Below, piece by piece: positions 58,226 through 64,000 of a stretch of DNA of 64,000 nucleotides. Position 1 is the stretch's first letter; each line of letters opens with the position of its first letter. A program made the position numbers and the translations under genes. The notes below the pieces were generated by a model, which did not search any database, was not told where the DNA came from, and was given only the letters and a program-made list of their open reading frames with translations. This DNA is from a candidate division FCPU426 bacterium (GTDB taxonomy: Bacteria; Oederibacteriota; Muellerivitia; Muellerivitales; Muellerivitaceae). The stretch covers positions 96,001 through 160,000 of the forward strand of contig CAVTWJ010000002.1 in the NCBI GenBank assembly GCA_963738405.1, read 5' to 3'.

Positions 58226-58594
58226 TTAAGGGTTAACCAACAATAGGGCGACCGGAAGGATGCCCCCCGCCGCCAGCAGGGCCCAAACGACCCATTGAGG
58301 ACGAAAGTATTTAAAAGCCATCACCAGCCCCGCCAGGGTACTGAAGATAAACCCGGCGGACATCAGAAGCACAAACCCTTGAAGGGCCCAGGGCTGGGTC
58401 TGGGCCGGCGAGTCGGGCATCTTTTGATCCTTATGTATTTTCGCCAGAACCTTCAGTATTACCGGCGCCTGATAGCCGTTTTTCACATCCTTATGCAGCC
58501 GCAGGGTTTGGAAAATCCCTGAAACGGTGAAGAAAAGCAAAGCCGGGGCGAAGAAAGATCCCAAGAGCAGGTGAAAGCGGCGCATCTGGTTCAT
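58226..58594 (-). CDS. Small PepSY-associated-TM-like membrane protein
   Basis: RRFH..LG.FFAP.LLFF.VSG, second His in LAKIHK, three TM segments. Confidence 0.65.
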   Translation of the reverse strand: MNQMRRFHLLLGSFFAPALLFFTVSGIFQTLRLHKDVKNGYQAPVILKVLAKIHKDQKMPDSPAQTQPWALQGFVLLMSAGFIFSTLAGLVMAFKYFRPQWVVWALLAAGGILPVALLLVNP

Positions 58595-58620
58595 TCCGGC
58601 ACCCATCGATTGGAAACCCC

Positions 58621-59196
58621 TTAATTGAGCTTGAACGAAATGGGAAGCCGAACCCGGCAATTCATCGGCTCGCCAAGTTTATCCAGCGCGGGCCGGAACC
58701 TGGCGTCTTTGAGCTTATCCAATACCACTTGGTTGAAAGCCGGGTCCGAACCCTGAAGAATGGTTACGTTATCGACCTTCCCCTCGATATTGATCAGAAG
58801 CTCCACGATCACTCTGCCTTCCTTCTTTTGTTTCCGCATCTCCACGGGATAATCGTTCTCGTCAATGAACCCACCCACAAGAGAAGGCTGGCGGCTGGCG
58901 ACCACATAGGGCGTCGCCGGTTCAGGGGTGGGTGTGGGCTGAACCTTAGGCGGCGGTGGGATCTTGCCTTTTTTAGCCATAACCCAGGGCTCAGGGGGAG
59001 GCGGTGGAACCGTCTTGGACTGCAAGGCCAATAACGGAGTGGCCTTGAGGTCGATATCCGTCCGGTATTCGGCATGCGCTTCCCCCCAGGCGATCAAACC
59101 TAAAGCCACCCCCAAAATCGTAAGGTGAAGCAGGACGGATAAAAGGATTCCGCTGAAAAGCGGGTTCACCAAAAGTCCACCGAAAAGCCGGTTCAA
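58621..59196 (-). CDS. tonB: Energy transducer TonB (5' end possibly frameshifted; upstream start at 59249 or 59237)
   Basis: S...H TM motif (SVLLH), Pro-rich linker, YP......EGRV, RFRPA, PISFKL. Confidence 0.85.
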   Translation of the reverse strand: MNRLFGGLLVNPLFSGILLSVLLHLTILGVALGLIAWGEAHAEYRTDIDLKATPLLALQSKTVPPPPPEPWVMAKKGKIPPPPKVQPTPTPEPATPYVVASRQPSLVGGFIDENDYPVEMRKQKKEGRVIVELLINIEGKVDNVTILQGSDPAFNQVVLDKLKDARFRPALDKLGEPMNCRVRLPISFKLN

Positions 59197-59248
59197 GGGG
59201 GGGAGCCAAAAAACCGGTTCGCCCGAACTTCGCTCATAGGGACGCTCA

Positions 59249-59650
59249 CTATTTCCTGTCCATAGCTAAAGCAACTTTCTGAACCCCGCCCATCTTGATC
59301 GCGTCCAGGACCTGGGCCAGCTTCTCATAGGGAATGTCTTTGTCGGCCTTCAGGATCACCTTCACCTCGGGGTAGACGCTCGTCTCGACGGTCATCTGCT
59401 GGGTCAAACCCGAAAGGTCGATATCTTTTTGGTTGAACTTGAGCTGTCCCTGCAGGCCTAGGGTCACCACTAGGGCAGGCTGAGGGGCCTTTTCTTCCTT
59501 CACAACCTTGGGCAGGTGAACCTGCAGGGCCTGCTCGCTAATAAAGGTGGCCGTCACCATGAAGATGATCAAGAGCACCAGCGTGATATCCACCATGGGA
59601 GTCACGTTGATGCCGGTCACCAGGCCCCGGTCGCTGGATCCGGGAAGCAT
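59249..59650 (-). CDS. exbD: ExbD/TolR family protein
   Basis: INVTPMVDITLVLLIIFMVT, KADK...Y. Confidence 0.92.
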   Translation of the reverse strand: MLPGSSDRGLVTGINVTPMVDITLVLLIIFMVTATFISEQALQVHLPKVVKEEKAPQPALVVTLGLQGQLKFNQKDIDLSGLTQQMTVETSVYPEVKVILKADKDIPYEKLAQVLDAIKMGGVQKVALAMDRK

Positions 59651-60276
59651 TACTTCACCTTCTCTTGTTTGAGGTAGGCCAGAAGGATACGGGACAAGCT
59701 GTCGGTGTTTGTTTGAATCTCGCCCAGCCGGGTGAGGAAGAAATTGTTGGCCACCACCGCCGGGATCGCCACCAGGATGCCGAAGGCCGTGGCAATGAGA
59801 GCGGCCGAAATGCCCGCCATGACCACCGAAACGCCGCTCTGTCCTGTGGTTCCCAGGTCGTTAAAGGCCTTGATCACGCCCAGTACCGTCCCGAACAACC
59901 CCACGAAGGGGGCGTTGTTGCCAAGGGTCCCCAGGATGATCAAATACTTTTCATGCACCAGTTTTTCCCTCAGCCAATGGGAAGCCATGACTTCCTCCAC
60001 GGCCGGGGCCCCTTTTTTGTAATTCTTTAACCCCGCCAAGGCCACCCGGGCCTCCACCCTGTGGCTGTTTTCCGCCAAGGCAATCGCCCCTGGAATATCG
60101 TGGTCTTCCAAACAGGAGGCCAGGCCATCCATCAAAGCGGACAGGTCGCCTTTATTTTTACGAAAGACCATCCACCGTTCAAACATGACTCCGATAGAAA
60201 CCACACTGGCAAGGATGAGCAAGGCAATCACCCAGTTGTCCCCCACTAAAGCCATGTGCATAAAGATCAAATTCAT
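59650..60276 (-). CDS. exbB: ExbB/TolQ family protein
   Basis: APFVGLFGTVLG, GIS.ALIATA.G..VAIPA. Confidence 0.92.
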   Translation of the reverse strand: MNLIFMHMALVGDNWVIALLILASVVSIGVMFERWMVFRKNKGDLSALMDGLASCLEDHDIPGAIALAENSHRVEARVALAGLKNYKKGAPAVEEVMASHWLREKLVHEKYLIILGTLGNNAPFVGLFGTVLGVIKAFNDLGTTGQSGVSVVMAGISAALIATAFGILVAIPAVVANNFFLTRLGEIQTNTDSLSRILLAYLKQEKVK

Positions 60277-60534
60277 TTCAATTTCCTTTTACCTTTGTAT
60301 TAGCCGCAGAAGAAGCCCTGCCATTTTCTGTTTTAATTGGGATCTGGATAAATAGGCCATCTCACGCTTCGTTAACATTTAACCGGAATTTAACCCACTT
60401 ACAGTGCCGGAAATGGCCAAAACCCGGCACAGGATTTCGGTCCCTGAATCCGAAACCCTGTTGGGTTTTAAAAACTCGCGCCGGGCCGGCCGGGGGATTT
60501 TGGAAAAATCCCCCTAAATGCTTAACTGTGAATC

Positions 60535-63264
60535 TTAAAAGTCGATCACGACCCCGCCATCGACTGTGGCGCCGTAGTACTCGTTTTGAATCGGATAATT
60601 GGTTGATCCCTGATAGAAACGATGGTTGGCGTTGTTCAGGTTGTTCCCATCGGCGTAGATCGTGAAGTCCTTCGTGATGGCGTACTGGGCCTTCGCGTCG
60701 ATCTGGAAATAATCGTCGTAGTAAATGTTCGGGGAATACGCGCCGCCCGCAGCGGGCGCATTTGGGTCCCCGATCACCGTCAGGTTTTTACCCGTGAAGT
60801 CACCACCGATGTCGAAGGTAAACCCATCTTTCTTATAAAACACACCCGTATTCCAGAGGAGGTCGGATTGGCTGGGAAGTTCGCCGTAGAGACCCGGCGA
60901 GAGCTCACCCTGTGACCCCAGGAAGGATATGGACCCCCGGAAACCCAACCCGCCCAGGAAACCGGGCAGCATGGTGTATTGCTGCTGGTACTGGAATTCC
61001 ACTCCGTAGATAGAGGAAGAAGGAATGTTAATGTAGTTCAAAATGTCAGTCACCCCTCCGGAGTTATCGATCGCGGAATAATTCTGTCCGAAATAGTTGT
61101 CGATACTCTTGTAAAACGCGTCCACCGCCAGGATGGCACCCTTTTGTGGATAAAGCTCGCAAGAGAAATCGAAGTTGTTCGATATCATCGGTTTCAGGTT
61201 CGGGTTGCCGAAGGTGTACTGAACTATCGAGTTACCACTCTGTGCGTCAAGGGCCTGGCTTAAGTTAAACGAGGGAATATACTGGCTTTGGGTCGGCCGT
61301 GCGATGGTCTCCGAGAAGTTCATTCGGGTGGTGAGCTGGTCATTGAACTTATAATTGAATCCCAGGCTCGGCAGGACATTGGCATAGTCGATAGTCCCCA
61401 CTTTGGCGACCGCCGGCAATTCGGTAGACGTATCCGGATCACCACTGGGGAGCGTGTTATATATATCCCACCAGTTGTATTGGATATGCGTGGCCTCGAC
61501 CCGGGCCCCGGCCATGACCGTCATCTTGCCTGAGGTGAGGGTGTACATACCGTAGCCTGCGTAAACATCCTCCCAGTTGTTGTAATCGCCCCCCTGGTCG
61601 TTATTCGGATCGGTTTGAACAAAGGATCCGTAATATCCTTTGCCCGGATTGGTGAGAAGGTTGACGGCCTGGTTCATATCGGGAAGCGGCCCCATGTTAT
61701 ACATATTGTTAAGATAGAATGGGGTGCTGGTGGCGCCCAATACGGTGCTCATGTTAAGGTTTTGCAGATGCGTAGCGGTAAAACTTTCTCCGGTGTTATT
61801 GGAATACTCCCACCTCGAAGCCGCGCCGAACTTGACCGTTCCGGTATCATCACCCCCGAGAGGCGTATCAAATTTGCCGTCGGCCTTCAGGCCGTACGCG
61901 TTCACGGTGTAAGCATTGGTGCTGTTACTCCCGTCACTTTTATCAACGTAATTGGTCGGATCGTTCAGCCCGGTCAAACCACTTGTGTCAACCGTCGGGC
62001 TATTCCCGTTATTCGTCGAATTGTTATAAGTAAGCGATGTGCCCCCTATACTTGCGCTTTTGAATTTAAACCCGTAACTGTAGGGCACGTTTTCATCCGT
62101 ATAGGCAAAGCTGGCTTTATAATCCAATATGAAACCGCCGAGATTGTTGACGCCCCCCAACCCCGCGGCCAAGGTGCGGAACTGCGTCAACTCGCTGGTC
62201 ATACTTTTCGAGACTTTGATTTGGCTAGCAGGTACCGTAATGCTGCCATCGGGGTTGACCACAGCGCCACCTTCAGCATCCAAGCCTGTAATATCCGTGT
62301 GCCAAACGGGTTCGCGGTATTCGTCATAACCACCGTACATCAAATTAGCAGTGAGCTTGTTATCCTTATCCATGGACAGGTCAATGTTCGCGCCGATTCC
62401 GCCCCGTTCCCGCTCATAGTCATAGTAGCGGAAATCGTAATCCGTGGCGGAATTGGGGACTAAAGGCGGATCGGCTGGATCCGAATAACCGTTTTCCAAA
62501 TCGTCGATCCCGAACCTTCTATATTCAAATTGTGTTGCGACAAGGATCCCCAGTTTGGCGGTTCCCCCCAGGCCAAAGGTGTTGCCCCAAGTCAAATTCC
62601 CAGCGGCGGTGCCCTGACTGCGTTGCGGGACATATCCTCCCTGGGCGTTCAACTCGAAAAGACCGCCCGGATAATCCTCGGCCTTTTTGGGAACAAGGTT
62701 CATCTGCCCGCCGACGCCTTGTGCGTCCATATCCGGCAGAATCGTCTTGAAAACTTCCATCTCACCGAACAAGCCGGCCGGGAGGGCATCGAGATCCACC
62801 GACCTCTCCGATTCGTCATAAGACGGAATAATGGTTTGATCGAAAGTGATGATGTTCAGATTCGAATCCGTTCCCCGAATGTCGATATATCGGGGTTCGC
62901 TAGTGTCATGCTGGACCCCGACTCCAGGAAATTGCTGGGCCGCCTGGGCCACGGACTTGGCCGGCGTCTGGTTGATCTGGTCCTGAGAGAGGATGTTGAC
63001 CTTGTTCAGGGAGTCATGCATTTGGTCGAAAGCGGCGGCTTGGTCGATGCCATGGGCTTTCACAGTGATTTCAGGAAGTTCGGATACCCCCGTGGCGGTT
63101 TCGGCGGAGGGAGTAGCGACCGCGGAAGCGGCAGGTGTGTTGCCTTGGGCGTCGGTGGGTGTCGCAGAAACTTGGGCTTTGGCGTTGTAGGCGGACATCA
63201 AAAGGGCGATCATTAAGAACAACCCCTTCGTAATAAAACTGAAACCTCTCGGCTTGATTCGCAT
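60535..63264 (-). CDS. TonB-dependent receptor
   Basis: EITVKA TonB-box-like; plug 'PGVGV..D..E.RYIDIRG'; GNPNLKP; NNLNN; terminal Phe; SD ggag before ATG 63264. Confidence 0.92.
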   Translation of the reverse strand: MRIKPRGFSFITKGLFLMIALLMSAYNAKAQVSATPTDAQGNTPAASAVATPSAETATGVSELPEITVKAHGIDQAAAFDQMHDSLNKVNILSQDQINQTPAKSVAQAAQQFPGVGVQHDTSEPRYIDIRGTDSNLNIITFDQTIIPSYDESERSVDLDALPAGLFGEMEVFKTILPDMDAQGVGGQMNLVPKKAEDYPGGLFELNAQGGYVPQRSQGTAAGNLTWGNTFGLGGTAKLGILVATQFEYRRFGIDDLENGYSDPADPPLVPNSATDYDFRYYDYERERGGIGANIDLSMDKDNKLTANLMYGGYDEYREPVWHTDITGLDAEGGAVVNPDGSITVPASQIKVSKSMTSELTQFRTLAAGLGGVNNLGGFILDYKASFAYTDENVPYSYGFKFKSASIGGTSLTYNNSTNNGNSPTVDTSGLTGLNDPTNYVDKSDGSNSTNAYTVNAYGLKADGKFDTPLGGDDTGTVKFGAASRWEYSNNTGESFTATHLQNLNMSTVLGATSTPFYLNNMYNMGPLPDMNQAVNLLTNPGKGYYGSFVQTDPNNDQGGDYNNWEDVYAGYGMYTLTSGKMTVMAGARVEATHIQYNWWDIYNTLPSGDPDTSTELPAVAKVGTIDYANVLPSLGFNYKFNDQLTTRMNFSETIARPTQSQYIPSFNLSQALDAQSGNSIVQYTFGNPNLKPMISNNFDFSCELYPQKGAILAVDAFYKSIDNYFGQNYSAIDNSGGVTDILNYINIPSSSIYGVEFQYQQQYTMLPGFLGGLGFRGSISFLGSQGELSPGLYGELPSQSDLLWNTGVFYKKDGFTFDIGGDFTGKNLTVIGDPNAPAAGGAYSPNIYYDDYFQIDAKAQYAITKDFTIYADGNNLNNANHRFYQGSTNYPIQNEYYGATVDGGVVIDF

Positions 63265-63413
63265 AAAGACTCCCTTTCGCAGACGAATAAATGGAGACCC
63301 TTCGCGGGAATCCATAAATGAAATTAGACCGAGAGCTTGGAAAATCCCGGCTTCAGTCGCGGGAGAATTTAGTGGTTCTCATGTCCTCGTGAGTTTCGGA
63401 GAAATCAAAAAAC

Positions 63414-63464
63414 GGTTACGAGTTGATGACGGTTTCGTCATCTTCCTTTCAGAGTCCCGTCATC
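63414..63464. promoter_or_regulatory. CusR/CopR-box-like operator
   Basis: Palindrome GATGACG-gttt-CGTCATC (63425-63442) with further half-sites 11 and 22 bp away. Confidence 0.65.
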
Positions 63465-63642
63465 TTTGTTATTCCCTATTGGGTAAATCGTTTCGAACTA
63501 TGAGGAATATCATTCTCGCCTTTTCCATTTTGTTCAGGGCACGTCGTAAGAGAACAAGGGCCTATGTTTTCCCCAGGTTAATTCTTTTAGGTGACCTATC
63601 ATTGAACTTGCACCTGCCGTCGATTTGAAATTACATGGCCCC

Positions 63643-64000
63643 ATGAAGATATTGATCATCGAGGACGAGCCCAAAACCATGGCCTATTTGGCCAAGGGCC
63701 TGGAAGAAAACGGCTATACGGTGAACGGCGCCGGGAACGGCGAGGACGGCTTTCACATGGCCCGGGTGGGCGAATACGACCTTCTGATCCTGGATGTCAT
63801 GCTTCCGGACAAGGATGGGTGGTCAATCCTTGAGGACTTACGACAGTCGGGCCATCGTTTCCCAATTCTTTTCCTGACCGCAAGGGACGGAATAGAGGAT
63901 CGCGTGAAGGGCCTTGAATCGGGAGCGGATGATTACCTGGTGAAACCCTTCGCCTTCGCGGAACTATTGGCCCGAGTCCACACACTTCTCCGTCGCGGCT
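63643..64000 (+). CDS. OmpR-family heavy-metal-type response regulator (CusR/CzcR-like), partial
   Basis: Not in the ORF track; hand translation [25 protein letters not shown]...[11 protein letters not shown]...[33 protein letters not shown]. Confidence 0.9.
   Translation, partial: MKILIIEDEPKTMAYLAKGLEENGYTVNGAGNGEDGFHMARVGEYDLLILDVMLPDKDGWSILEDLRQSGHRFPILFLTARDGIEDRVKGLESGADDYLVKPFAFAELLARVHTLLRRG

Noticed and set aside
60380..60470. Cobalamin riboswitch (ccggcactgtaa on the minus strand)
   Set aside because: No GGGAA/GGTG.AA.TCC arrangement or B12-box 3' motif

Overview
Bacterial genomic window from a diderm organism (TonB/ExbBD system, TonB-dependent receptor, SLH-like beta-barrel proteins). 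No rRNA, tRNA, CRISPR array or transposase was recognised. (1) 1-34 kb is a plant-hemicellulose utilisation region: two tandem SLH-like/coiled-coil/beta-barrel outer-membrane proteins, several lipoproteins with a recurring CBM11/CIA30-like domain, GH44, GH2, GH31, GH29, GH36, a GH26-like protein, an acetylesterase, XylFGH, a second XylF and another sugar-binding protein. No SusC/SusD pair was recognised. The 12.9-26.7 kb part carries three families of small palindromic repeats, two apparent in-frame palindromic insertions inside enzyme genes, and a 12-copy array with ~21-bp period. (2) 34-50 kb is accessory: a four-domain glycosyltransferase, a divergent carbamoyltransferase-CBM fusion, an L,D-transpeptidase-like protein lacking its catalytic His/Cys, and small signalling or hypothetical genes. 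(3) 50-54 kb is metY-cysK-metX-metW, preceded by an unrecognised terminator/antiterminator leader. (4) 54-64 kb is a TBDR-exbB-exbD-tonB-PepSY-like-phosphoesterase-YncE-COG4705 cluster, divergent from a CusR-like regulator with a cop-box-like palindrome between them; tonB appears frameshifted at a C7 run. All family calls come from reading motifs by eye, not from database searches.
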